Source of the DNA: Kudoa neothunni
Taxonomy: Eukaryota; Animalia; Cnidaria
Length of the DNA stretch: 64,000 nt
Direction: 5' to 3'
Assembly (NCBI GenBank): GCA_964304625.1
Contig: OZ199840.1
Location: 177,795 to 241,794, forward strand
Shown: positions 24,553-37,430 of the stretch, in pieces
How positions within the stretch are numbered: the stretch's first letter is position 1
Layout: each line of letters begins with the position of its first letter
Made by a program: the position numbers and the translations under genes
Notes under the pieces: generated by a model
The model's database searches: none
Told to the model about the DNA's origin: nothing
The model's input: the letters and a program-made list of their open reading frames with translations, nothing else

Positions 24553-26727
24553 CAGTAATGAATCAGCCCTACGTATCTCGTTCGTGCGTACATTTTATAT
24601 TATATGTATATTCAACGGTTTGATTATTTTAAAATGATTTTGAAAATTACATAATTAGAAAATGACTCGCTTTGAATAGTTTACAAGCATAAATATCACT
24701 AATAAACTAAAAATAAAAAGTAGCGTGAGGACCAGTCGTACGTACCTTATTTGCCTAGACATCAAAATTTAAATTTGCCTTTTTTCTGTTTCTAATACAT
24801 TCAAGCAATTATTTAGTTTTTATAATTATAAAAACAATAGTATAGCATATTCTATTTGCAATGGCGGGTATTAAATACATATTTAAATAAAGTGATATCA
24901 TAATTTATTTATTTAAATATATTAAATGATTGTTAAAATTATTACTATATAATAATAGCCGGCGAGATGATAATAACACACACCACGTTGTTGGTTTATA
25001 GCTTCAGTTATTTTATCATATCTAATTCCTAATGTCCCAAAACCGAAAAATGGCTATTTATAGATCTTTGAAATTAAAATATGATATAATAATGTATTAT
25101 GAGTCCAGGCGGAGCCTTGGTGCAAAAGCTGGCCCAGTACGACAATTGAAACGTCCTTCAACTTCGACATTAAATTTGGTTTAACAGCAAAAGCAGAAAA
25201 TTGTTTCTTCTGTTAGGATTGGTACTGCAAGTGTTAGTCGTAAAGCATTGTAAAATGGCTACAATAAGGAATTGGATGACGATGTTTATAATTGGATCCA
25301 ACACATAAAACCGAACAAAACATCACTTTCTGCTGGCGACATCGTAGAAAAATGGAATCAGATTGCAATGTCAGATTATGGAGGCAATTTTGATGTTACT
25401 AGAGGTTGGGTTCGTAGATTCTCAAAAAGATACAACATAAAAGGGGGAAACTTCCACAAAGAAGAAAATGAAATCAAATCTACTGATGTTGACGAATGGA
25501 TTCCAAAATTAAAAAGTATATTGGAAAAATACGATGAGAAAAATGTTTTCAATATTGACGAATCCACATTATTTTATCAACAGCGAAGAAGTAAATTAAC
25601 ATTTATTCTCTGTTATGACGATTGTTAGAGGGAAGCTATGGGACCTCACATGAATTCCAATGTAGGGGCTATAAGCAATCAAAAATAAGAACTTTAATAT
25701 TATTTGGTGCCTTTGTGCTCGGCAAAAAATTAGATCCTCCTGTTATTGAGAAATTAAAAGAACAAGATATTTCAAAAACATGAAAGATACACCATTTCCT
25801 TACGGAACAAATTCAAATGCTTGGATGACTCCAGAAATTTTTTCAACATATCACATTGAACTAACTAATAAATTTTCAAAATCAAATATAGAAATAGTTT
25901 TATTTCTTGATAACGCGAACTGTCATCCAGATATTCAACTATCAAATATTGATCTAGAGTTCCTTCCGAAAAACACCACTAATGTCTTGCAACCATTAAA
26001 CCATGGTGTCATACATTCATTCAAAACGAATTATAAAGGACATTTAATACAAAAATTTATCATAAATGTAGAAGAGGAATTACCTCTAACGCCACCTGAT
26101 ATATTACAAGCAATAATGTTAATTAAAAGAGCCTGGAATGAAGTTCCTGCTGAGACAATTATTAACTGTTTTAAAGGGGCTGGGTTTCAGAAGTCGGTTA
26201 CCGATTATTACTCTTCTGTAACTGAATTAGATAATTTTTTTCAGGATCCAATTGTAGTGTTTCAAGATGATAACAACAAAATAAACACCGAGATCAACAT
26301 TATGATACAAGAAGAGAAGAATGTTCCAGTATGTGTTTTTGAAAATGATGAATTAGAGCCTATTACGGTCGAAACGTAACATCGTTCCTCAGATTCAGAA
26401 TCTGAAGATTAATTAATTGATAAAAATGTTATCTCTTCAAAGACAGCCTTATTTTATTTAGACTTGTTTGGCAACTATTTTAAACACTATTGCTCAAAGA
26501 AGCGGATGTTAATGACTAATTCTACTGCAGACGTTTATTCAATATTAAATGCTAATTTTAAACAGAAAAAAATAACTGATTTTTTCCAGTAATGTTTTAT
26601 TTATAGCGAGTTTTGTGTTTTATTAGTTTTTGTACGCATGCTCAAAAAGTACGTATATCCAGCCGGGAACGGTAGTATGTACCGTTTCCACATCCCCAAG
26701 GGATTTTCGTACGACCGATCCATACTG
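24553..26727 (+). mobile_element. pogo/Tigger transposon with pseudogenised transposase
   Basis: TA-cagta...tactg-TA ends. ORFs 25272-25628 (GWVRRFSKRY, VFNIDESTLFY) and 25780-26379 (NAWMT, LFLDNANCH, FLPKNTTNVLQPLNHGVI). C-terminal KQKKITDFFQ* near 26560-26592. Confidence 0.9.
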
Positions 26728-27169
26728 TATATATTCTTGATATTTTTATCATTTGTCAATAAAACATCATATGACAATTATTCTATCATTGCAAAGTACA
26801 TATTTATTGAGAGACTCTATTTTCAGGGTAAACATTAATCCTAAACGGCATTTATATGCGCACTGAAAATTTTTAATTCCAACAACCTTACAGGTTGTTT
26901 ACAGATTTAATTCCTTCGAATCTGCCATATTTAATTATTTCTGACCCTAAGGATGAATTGATGGGATAGAAATACTTAAATATAGTCAAAATTAATGTCA
27001 CTTGAATATTATTTACGGTGCCAACAGCCATTTCCGTATTTATTTTCTTAATTTAATTACAAGTTTTATTATCACGCACATGCTTACACCGATATCGACG
27101 CAGGTTGTTAGGGATTGGAGTTTTCTCCAAGATCTTGGGATTTTTATGGTCATTTTGGGTTCTTGGGTG

Positions 27170-29590
27170 GAGGGAGCTATTGTGGAGTGTATGATTTCCC
27201 AATTTTATCGTTTTTTAAGACTTTTTTCGTTGAAAGTGGTTTTAAAAAATCTTAAATTCTCTTCTCATGTTGAGCGTATAAAAACTTTTTCTTAAATTAT
27301 AAAAATAAGTTTTTCTTCTAATCGCATATATGATGGTGAAGTCAACAACATAGTCCTCATGCTAAACACAGGTTTATATATTTTACTATGAAGGAATATG
27401 AATGTGATTACAATTGTTGCATTTAAATGTTTATTTTATTTTTGCATGGTATTATAACGAAAACAAATTGGAAATAGGTCATTTAAAACGGTTGTTGTCA
27501 GGCATGTAGAAGATTAAAATTTTCTCCATCCTCATAGCATTTTTTCATGTTTATTTTATCCTAATTAAAGCTATATAAGTATTTTTAGTATTATGAATTT
27601 TTATCGTCAAACGCTACACTATTAGAGGAAATTATTTGGCGTTATATTGATAAAATCTCCTAGACTGTGATTATTCATTGGAAACTTTGTATTTAACTAA
27701 AATAACAGTTACTAAAAAATTTAATAATTGAGAATAATCTTTAGAAATGAAATTTATTTGACGGATTATTGTTAATAGATAATTGAATATGTTGTACAAT
27801 TGAGTTTATATTAACTTTTTTTATTTGATTAATTTTTAACATCGATTTTTTATTCTCCGTTGATTGTAATATAATTACTATTTTGTATCATCAAATTTCT
27901 TACTTCTTCATGTTCTTGATTTTAATCGGAAAAAAGAAAGATAAATATTGAGTTAAGAATTTAATTAAATTAACTAAAACCTACAATAATATTTTAACTT
28001 TTCTTTGACTCAAATTTAGGTCCAACTTTGAAATTAAATACATATTTTATTTTTTTAAGTTTTATATCAAATATTTTGGTGAATATGGTATCAATTTAAT
28101 TATTATATTCTAATGATGTGGAATATTAATATTTTTTTGTAACAAAATAAATGCTCATAATTTGTTGTTTTTTGAAGGGTTTTTATAAAATTCATTCTTA
28201 AAATAGAAATCAATATATTTTCTATATGAATACAAAATACGATTAATTTTTCCACCACGGCAGGATCGTGGATTCTCTCCTCTTTATTTGTGGTGATGCA
28301 ATGGCGGCAACTTTTTTTTAACATATTAAGAAAGTGATAGAAAACAAGGAATTGGGATATTGTATAACATGTGATCTTTGAAAGTTAAGTAATATCACAA
28401 ATATTTATTTTACCCTATTTTGTTTAATATTTGTTTTATATAATTTCAATAAATTATATTAACGTTGAGATCATTTTGGAAATAATACTTTCAAACGATA
28501 AATGATATACGGTGCTAGATTTTTATTGAACTAGAGATAATTGTGAAATTATTTATAACCATTCTTGAGGGTATAAATCTGTCCGTGCGCTGCGATTCTC
28601 AGCCATTGGGACAATAAAAACATTCCCTACGAAAAGAAAACCAACTGCATGTTCTATAGCTGGCACAAAACCATCATCTGATAAGTGTATCGTGTGCATT
28701 CGTAGCCGGAATACTGAAAATGACAATGTTAGGAGAAGATGAATATTATGTTCTTGTGATCATTCATTGCAAACATTTTAGAAGTTATTAAAATAATTTT
28801 TCAGCTTTAATGATTGAAAAGTTTTAATCCGAATAATAAATATCAAGAAATAGAGTCTGCTTTGAATTATAATACTTTAATAGTCAAAATATGAAATTTA
28901 ATTCAAAAATATATTAATCTAAATTGAAAAATACTATATTTAGATAAAGACAAATAATTCGATGTTAACAACTGATCAAACAATAAAAACTTTATACAAA
29001 CATATTGTGTAATTATGTTGATTTTTCATGAATTATTACCGATCAAAGAAAATCCATGTCTGAAGATTTTTTTCATTTTTAAACATTCTTAACAATTATT
29101 AAGTTAGTTGTTTTTGCATTTTCCAGCTAATAATTACTTCTTAGAGTCAAGGTTAGGAGACAATTTACCAAATAACACTCAATAATTGCCTTAAACAATA
29201 GAGCATTTCGAATGGAAAGATATACAATACTAAAAAAGTCATATTTCTTTAATTAAGCAAAAATTAAAAAGCAAAGGTGTTATGAGTATGGACAAACTTT
29301 CAATATTCTATATTTCTGAACAACAGCCATTAATAATGATTTAATGCTAATTTTTTTAAAGATAATATCGTGGAAAAATAAAATAAATAGTTCGATGCAT
29401 GATTCGTATTCACATCCATATTCATATTCCTTCATGGTGAAATATAAAAACAAGTGTTTAACATGAGGACTATGTTGTTGACTTCACCATCATATATGCG
29501 ATTAGAAGGAAAATTTAATTTGGTAATTTTGGAAAAAAGTCGTAAAAAACGCCAAAAATGGGGAGCCACACGTTCCACAATTACCCTTGG
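27170..29590. repeat. Non-coding element bounded by ~200-bp inverted arms (MITE/foldback-like)
   Basis: ttctaatcgcatatatgatggtgaagtcaacaacatagtcctcatg (~27316-27361) is the exact reverse complement of ~29462-29507. Weaker inverted similarity continues both ways; outer ends are approximate. Confidence 0.65.
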
Positions 29591-30511
29591 GGGCTTGTTT
29601 CATTTTTTACAAAATATTGGGTTTATATTTTAAATCTGTAAATATTTAATAATAACACAAATTTTATTATGTGAGACATTAATATTTACATTTTTAATAA
29701 CGTATCGTATTCAGACTATATCATGCAGGGTTTAAACATTTACTGCATTGAACGACAGCACATTAGATTGTTTAACGTGACACGATTACATACTCGTTCA
29801 GTTAACATTGTCCCACATTATTATAAAATTTCAATGTTATTTCAAAATATATCTCGAACTATGGATGGATGAATTAATTAATTGTAAACATGTTGATCTA
29901 TACCAGACATTAAGTATGCGTGAATGTTCCTACAAAAAAATTGCAAAAATACGATGATAAATTTAAATTTAATATCCTAAAACGTTATTATAGGATCGGA
30001 AGATGATCAGGAACTTTAATAGATACGGTTCAATTTTTTTTACTTTAAATCAATGTTTTTCTCGACCTTGGGCTTTTTTACTTAGACTTGTGTTTTTTAA
30101 TAAACCCCCTTGGAAGTCCTGGATCGATGGCACGAGAAACGAACGGAAATTGTTTAACATGTAATTTATCTTACAATAGTCAAAGTTTTTCAACAAGAAT
30201 GTTATTTATTCATTAAAATTATATAAAAACTAACCTTATTACCTAAATTGTTTCATATATGTTCAAAATTATGAAATATCTCAGTAAGTTAACTTTTTAC
30301 GCGTCATATTAATAGCTGTACTCATGTTAATTTAAAATAACGGCCATATCAACTTCAAACTACAGTGAAAACAAATCTTTACTCATCTGATCACCTAATA
30401 TTATCATATTATCACAATCGACTTTCGCCTATTATTTGATTTTTAACCTAATAGACAATTAATCATGTTATCATTAATTACTAACTAATTAGTGTCAACA
30501 CTATTTTTTAA

Positions 30512-32914
30512 CCCTTTGACGCCGAATGTTGCCATATGGCAACATCGGATTGTTGTTATAATTCCTCAATGAGTATTATATTTAACAACTAAAGCATTAA
30601 AAAAAAGTTAAATTAATCTTTATTTTTTTATCAAACGCTAAATTAGATAATTTTTAAAATTTCTTAGTAAAAATACGTCATAAATTGAAATTTTTCAAAC
30701 AATAAAAAGGTCATTATATGGCACTAAATTTACAACCTAATAATTATTTTAACTGCATTAAAAAAATATATATTATAAAATGGTACATTTTTTCTACAGA
30801 AATTTGTATAGATCATATAATCTTAAAGAACTCTAGTTTGGAGTATTAGCTTAATGCTTGTTGCCATATGGCAACATTCGGCACACGGGCCGTTTTTCAG
30901 GATTAACATTGCGAAGGATGCAGATTTAGTGAAAAAGATAAATGTTGATTGTAAAATAGTTGAGGAATTAATATTGCTTCCAGATGCTGATAAATCTGAC
31001 GCCGGGAATATATCTGATGATGAAAGCAACAACCTACAATGTGATTCGCTTTCAGACGCCAGCACTGATAAAGAAGAATACAATAGTGATCATCCTAATT
31101 ACGTAAAAAACGTATCACATACAATCGAAGAAAGTTTATTATCAATCGTGGAATTTAAAATGGAACCAATATTGGATCCTTATTTATATTTCAATAGATT
31201 CTTTACAGATGAATTGTTCGAGCTCATATGCAAAGAAACTAATAATTATACCATAGAGAACAATTCAAATGTTAGAACCACAACAAACGAAATAAAATTA
31301 TATGTTGGGATGCTTATACATGTGTCAATAATCAAATTACCACGGATAACAAACTATTGGTGTAGTGAACTCAATTGTAGTTCAATATCCGAAAAAATGC
31401 CCTGAGATCGATTTGAGTTCATCCAAAGATATATACATTTTTGCGATAATAATAAACTAGCGACTTCTAGAACCAGTAAAGATCACGACCGTTTCTTTAA
31501 AATGAGACCCCTGTTAAATATGATAAGGGAAGAATGCCTAAAAATTGAACCTGAATACAACCAGTGTGTGGATGAGCAGATGATTCCAATTTAAAGGTAA
31601 GTCTGGCCTCAAGAGATACTTGCCTTCGAAACCTACAAAATGGGGCTTCAAGGTTTTCACTAGAAATGGCTCTGGTGGTATAGTGCACGACTTTTTTTTT
31701 TTGAAGATGGGGATTTTTCCCTACGATGGTGAAAGTTCTGGTTTTCACTTCTTTGACATCGTATTAAAATTAGCAGGATCCATAAAGAACGGAAGCAAAC
31801 ATCATTTTTATTATGATAATTATTTTTCCACGTTATCATTACACTCGATTCTGCTGAAGATGGGCCATCATTCAATCGGTACAATAAGATCGAATCGTCT
31901 TAGAAATTGTCCATTTAGTGATGATAAGATGTTTAGGAAGCTAAAATGAGGAAAGTTACGAATATGCTTAACACCTTGACGGGTTGTTATAAAACAAACA
32001 TTGCACGTTGGTTAGATGGGTCAGCTGTAACAATGACATCAACCGCTCACTCTATTTTCCCCTTGAGTTCTATTGATAGATATGATCGAAAGGCAAAAAA
32101 GGTTATAAGAATTGGACTGCCCCAATATAATTAAAATGTACAACCAAATATGGGCGGTGTAGATTTTTTTCGACATGCTAATGGTTCTGTGTAGACTTGA
32201 CCACAAGTCCAAAAAGTGGTACGAGAGAATCTTCTTGTGGGCGATAAACCAATGCATCCTTAACGGATGGCTCTCGTATAAACATCAATGTTCTTTACAT
32301 GAAATCCCAACAAAGAAAAGCTTGTGTTTGTTAGATTTCAGTGTTTACGGTAAGCGAACGATTGATGCATGAGAATCAAGTGGTAAGTGTTGCTAGTAAA
32401 AGAGGGAGGCCATCCACATAAGGTATCACTATCTCGATCCCTATGTCTAGTAGAATCTATCATCTACCAGAATCAAAAGTAAGTGCTATTGTGCGTTTTA
32501 ACGAAATTTCCTACTTCCCTTCATGTACATCAACGAAAGTTAGGTGTAAATTGTGCGGAATGCACTCTAGAATTGTACGCATGAAATATAAAATTCATCT
32601 GTGCTTAAATATCAAAGGAAATTGTTATTTAAATTTCCACAAACAAAATTAGAAATATTTGTTGTTATTAAATGTGTTTAAATGTGCGTAATTTTAAGTG
32701 CAAAGAGGTCTTCCTACCAACCGCGCGTGCGCAATATTGTTTTGGGGATTAAGGTGTCTCCGAATGTTGCCACATGGCAACATTTAATTAGATATGGTTC
32801 CTAATAAAATATTTCCGAAATTTTTATATATGTTGTTTATTACTAAAAATATAGATATTTTTCCGCCTTTAAAAAAAATAAATTATTACAGCTTGATTTT
32901 CAGGCATGAAAGGG
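30512..32914 (+). mobile_element. piggyBac (PGBD2/3-like) transposon with pseudogenised transposase
   Basis: TTAA-cccttt...aaaggg-TTAA. Palindromic repeat tgttgccatatggcaaca at ~30528, ~30859 and ~32765. Motifs LPSKPTKWGFKVF, YYDNYFSTL and GTIRSNRL, plus a C-terminal Cys-rich domain (CKLC...HLCL...CYLNFH). Confidence 0.92.
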
Positions 32915-34022
32915 TTAAAGAAACTAGCCCAACATTACAACCAATAATCTTCTGATAGGATTAATTCGGACTATATTTAATTATATAGATGATACATCGT
33001 TACGATTCTAAGGACCACAACTAATTACATATAACTGATTTATATAAATAAATTAAGTATATCATCTATAAGCACGAGTCGTTATTCTTTAAAATTAATA
33101 TTGCGCGCAAGCGCACACATTATCTAGGACGGCGCTTCTGAACAAAAAACAGGACCTCGCACCCCTTTGCATACGGTAAGGTGACTGACTCAAAATTTCT
33201 CAAAAATTAACTTCAATTTTGATCAGATCTCGTACTCCCAGTTGGGAACCACTGATTTAGGATTAAATTCGTTCGTAAAAATAGTCACACCCTGCTTAAC
33301 ACATTTTAATCTTGTTTGACGCAAACCGATCATTTAGGCTTCCCAACAAATTTTAGATAATCATTCTTCGCATCTATTTCGAAAATTTTCATAATTTTAT
33401 TAAAGTCGGTAAAGACTAAAGGAAAGATTCAATATATTTCTTCTTTATTATTTCATAAATAAATGTCGGCGGATTAATTAAATGTCGGCGGATTAATTCT
33501 TTTAAAACCTACCGCCACCGATAAAACTCCGCATGCCTTCGTAAGCTTATAATTTTACTTTTTAACAGCTTTGAATATCATTAAAAATAAAAAATAAATA
33601 ATTTGCAAGTAAAATATTCTCTTAAATAGATTGTTAGTTAACCTCAAATCATAAAATAATATAATAATAATAAATTTTCGCCACTTAAAATAAAGAGTAT
33701 ATTTATACAAAATAAGTTATTGTATTTAATATTAAGTAATTTGATTTATTATAGTAACTAATAACCTAATGCAATGTACGTTAAATAAGTCGCGCATTCA
33801 TCAATCCATTAGAGGCGGATTAGAGGTGTCGTCCGGGAAAACTAATCTCGAACGCATTAAAATAAACTTGGAGCCAGCGATTTATTGTCCTTTTTAAAAT
33901 GAGCCATATTAATTTATTAAATTGTGTAACAATTGGGTAACTTTTGAAAAATACAATAGTTCGGCAGATTTTATGCTCCGCGCAAATACCAACAAAATAC
34001 TCTCTTTATTAGTCGGACTGCA

Positions 34023-36311
34023 ATGAATGAGTGTTCCTACAAATTGACTAATTTTGAAGTGACCTCTAATGGAGTTGATTTGCCGGGAGCTACTAAAGCT
34101 ATTGATTGTTTTGTGACATTACAGTTAACCAATAATGACGCTCTCGTAGGCATCAAATTAGATGATTCAGCTGATCGAAGTAGAAATTTTGATTTTTGAT
34201 CGTTCAAATTAATCTCCCATCTAGTTTACAAGTTGGGTCATAAAGAAATTCAATTTGTTCGCAACCACGAAAATCATTTACAAATTTCTACCAATTCTAA
34301 TGTATTTAATTTTTGGTTCGAATCAGCTGAACAGAAATATGAGTTTGCCGAGCAATTGGAGTATTTGAAAGGATCGAATTTATCTCAGTTAAAAAAGAAA
34401 TAATGTAAAATCCTCCATTTCAGCGTTTGACAAACGAACTGAAAAAGAAGCAGCCAAGATCTACTTTGACGTGAGTTGTAGTTGGATGTCAACATTTAAC
34501 TAATAACCACTCATCGAATGTAGTTTTATGCCCAACTCTCTCAACAACAGAATATGTTACAGGTAAGTTTGGTCTCGATTTCAACTCATAAGACTAACTC
34601 ATGGCTCTGTTGAGCTAATACCATAATTCGTGGTTTTAGGATAGTATACGAACACACACCTACTTTGAAGCAATCATGCAAAATTCCATAGATTACAAAG
34701 ACAAAGTGGTTTTAGATGTTGGAGCCGGTTCTGGTAAGCGTTTCTATTTCCATTTCTGTTTTAGTTGTGTACTGGTACTGACTCACAACTAATAACATCT
34801 TAGGAATTCTTTCATTTTTTGCCGCCCAAGCAGGAGCTAAAAAAGTCTATGCTATAGAAGCTAGTGACGTCTCATTTTATACAAAAGTATTAATGCTTTC
34901 TCGACAATGAACCACGTGTAAAAATTTTTATTATCGCCTAGAAATTAATCCAACATAACGATCAATATTCCAATGTCATTGAGCTTATAAAAGGCATGGT
35001 GGAAGAAGTAATAACTCGATTTTTATGCGTAAACACATCACCACGTCGATTCCATTGTATATTGTAGATACAATTGCCTGAATTGGTCGACACGATTATA
35101 TCAGAACCTATTGGATATTTGCTGTTGAACGAACGAATGCTTGAATCATTCGTTCATGCGAAAAAGTTTTTAAAACCAGGAGGTATTAAGATGGGAGTGT
35201 CTATAGGCCCTTACAATTTTAATCCTTTACGTATAATATTAATTATTGTTAATTGTCTTTGACCTTGAGAGTCAATTTATCTATGAAAAAATAAGTTGAG
35301 GAATCTGGGTGAACCAAATAATGTTTATTACTATAAAGTATGAGCTATTAATGTTAAAATTGGACTCCGCACATACGCGTAACTTCTTCAGGATTAAATT
35401 TCTATGGGGCAAATAAACACAACCACTAAAATATGACTTGAAAGGTTGCATATTATGTGAGTATATTTTTTGGATTAGGAAAAATATTTCCTTCATATTC
35501 TATCCTATACTTCGTGCCATTTACCAATGAATATCTCTATTCGTACATTAGTAGTAGATGCTCTTTTTGGTCAAATACCTCCTTTTATGGAATCGACTTA
35601 TCAGTGCTTGGCGAAGATGCTCACAATGAGATCTTATCTCAACCTATTATTGTAGGGTGATATTTAAGGCAACTCATTTAATAATGTGCAATGTAGGATT
35701 GTGTTGATATTAAATCGATTCAGTCGGTTCCTGGTGAATATCATTTCGACTTCACTGTTCTAAACGAGAGCGATTTTTCTCGGTATGGTTTATATCGTTA
35801 GTGGAATGAGTTTGATGGAAAATTAACCATCTGTATTCCATTTTAGATTTGAAATACCATTTTCCTTTATCTGTGGTAATAGTGGTCTCACACATGGATT
35901 TGCTTTTTGGTTTGACGTTGGATTTGCCGGATCGAAGTTTTTTTGCTTTACAACCCCATTATCTAAGTTATATTTTAGAAAAGAGATCTGGCTTTCAACC
36001 GCTCCCAACCAACCTACCACTCATTGGTATCAGGTGAGTGTTGGATGTTTATTAACGATCTTTCTGATATCTACTTGTGTCTCTAGGTCAAATGTCTTTT
36101 CAACAAACCCATCAATTTTCAAATAGGCGACGTGTTAGTTGGGCAAATGATAATGATTCCAAACAAAAAGCAAAGTTATTTTATTGAAATAGAAGCATTT
36201 GTTGAGTCGAATCCTACGCTTGTTGCCAAAGCATATATTGATTTAAAGAATCCCATTGTTCTAGCAGGCTTTACTATGCCCCAAACCCTCTGTCATGTAT
36301 TGCCCTTCTAG
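34023..36311 (+). CDS. CARM1: Histone-arginine methyltransferase CARM1 / PRMT4 (about 12 exons)
   Basis: Spliced translation gives [111 protein letters not shown] and DLKNP, all CARM1 signatures. One apparent +1 in A-run 34391-34396. Confidence 0.93.
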
Positions 36312-36479
36312 CCAGCTTCAATTTAGCAGCGTGGATCAATAAGGAACGTTTTATTGTTACTGAATTTAATTTTCTTGATATAGCCTATAGAAATATTTTT
36401 TCCAGTCATCTTTTTTTTCGTAACCGATTATCTTGCATGATTTAAAGTGATTTAAAGGAGCGTTGTAACGTGCGTGGTT

Positions 36480-36985
36480 TTAATCGATGCTTGTGTTGCC
36501 GAGGACAGATAGAGCACATCTGTGTGACACTCGGGCCCAGAACCATGAGATAATGGGTTCGAATCCGCCGATGATCCGACTACTGTTTCCGTGTCGGTGG
36601 GTCTCTATCCCATATTTGGGAGCTGTGGTTACAATGTACGCTCGCTGTGGAGTGAGGTGCATTAGCAGCCAAATTCGCGTGAAATGGGGTGAGCGTAAGT
36701 AAGAGTTGGAATCTCCGAGACACATTGAAACATCGAAAGGAAAGTAATTTGTAGGCCTCACAGAGCCAACGTCCTTAAAGGGATAGGGTTTGGGTGGCGG
36801 TCGCCCCAAGCCGAGGATGATTAGCGGGTTAAAGTCACACACTACCGCATAAGGATAAGGGCGGGGTTTCATGTTATGTCCTGCGGTGCCTAAAGCATTA
36901 ATGGAAGAAGCCTGACCAACCAAAATTCCACAACCTAATAAGTTGCGCCGGGGGTTTTACCTTGTAAAAAATGGTTTTCGTCGTG
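36480..36985 (+). mobile_element. GC-richer SINE-like or LINE-5'-end-like insertion
   Basis: Abrupt rise in GC content; pol III B-box-like gggttcgaatcc at ~36555-36566; followed by a (TA)n tract; no recognisable protein. Confidence 0.35.
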
Positions 36986-36997
36986 AACAAAATGATT

Positions 36998-37023
<26 letters not shown>
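36998..37023. repeat. (TA)n microsatellite
   Basis: tatatatata... run of about 13 units. Confidence 0.9.
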
Positions 37024-37028
<5 letters not shown>

Positions 37029-37430
37029 ATAAAAACTAATCTTATTTGGCATGAATTATCATATTTATGTCTCTAATTTTTGGTGAAATAGTTTTTAGCA
37101 GATTGAACAAGTTTAAGGTGTATTTCGGCTGGGGCAAGTTAGTGATCCCAGTTGGTCACCCGCGTTCTGTTATCGTAGTTAGAACAGTAAGGGTTAATAA
37201 ATAATTGGGATCACAAAAAACAAATTCAAATTTAATATATAATGGAGAAAAATCTATTGAACTCACATAATTAATAAAAACATTGGAGATCATATTTTCT
37301 CTCTAAAGTCGCAAGCGAAATTCAAAAAACAATAAATTCAACCAATGATTCAAAATATAAAATAATGCTACGTGATCGAAAAATTTCTATCATAAATATT
37401 ACCTATAAACTATAGTTAACAAAAATTAAT

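Noticed and set aside
30512-32914. Domesticated or active piggyBac transposase
   Set aside because: Several stops and frameshifts; no intact transposase of any class is present in the window.
36480-36923. 147-aa minus-strand ORF and a possible tRNA gene
   Set aside because: No recognisable domain, and its length is explained by higher GC. Only a B-box-like motif is present; I could not build a cloverleaf.
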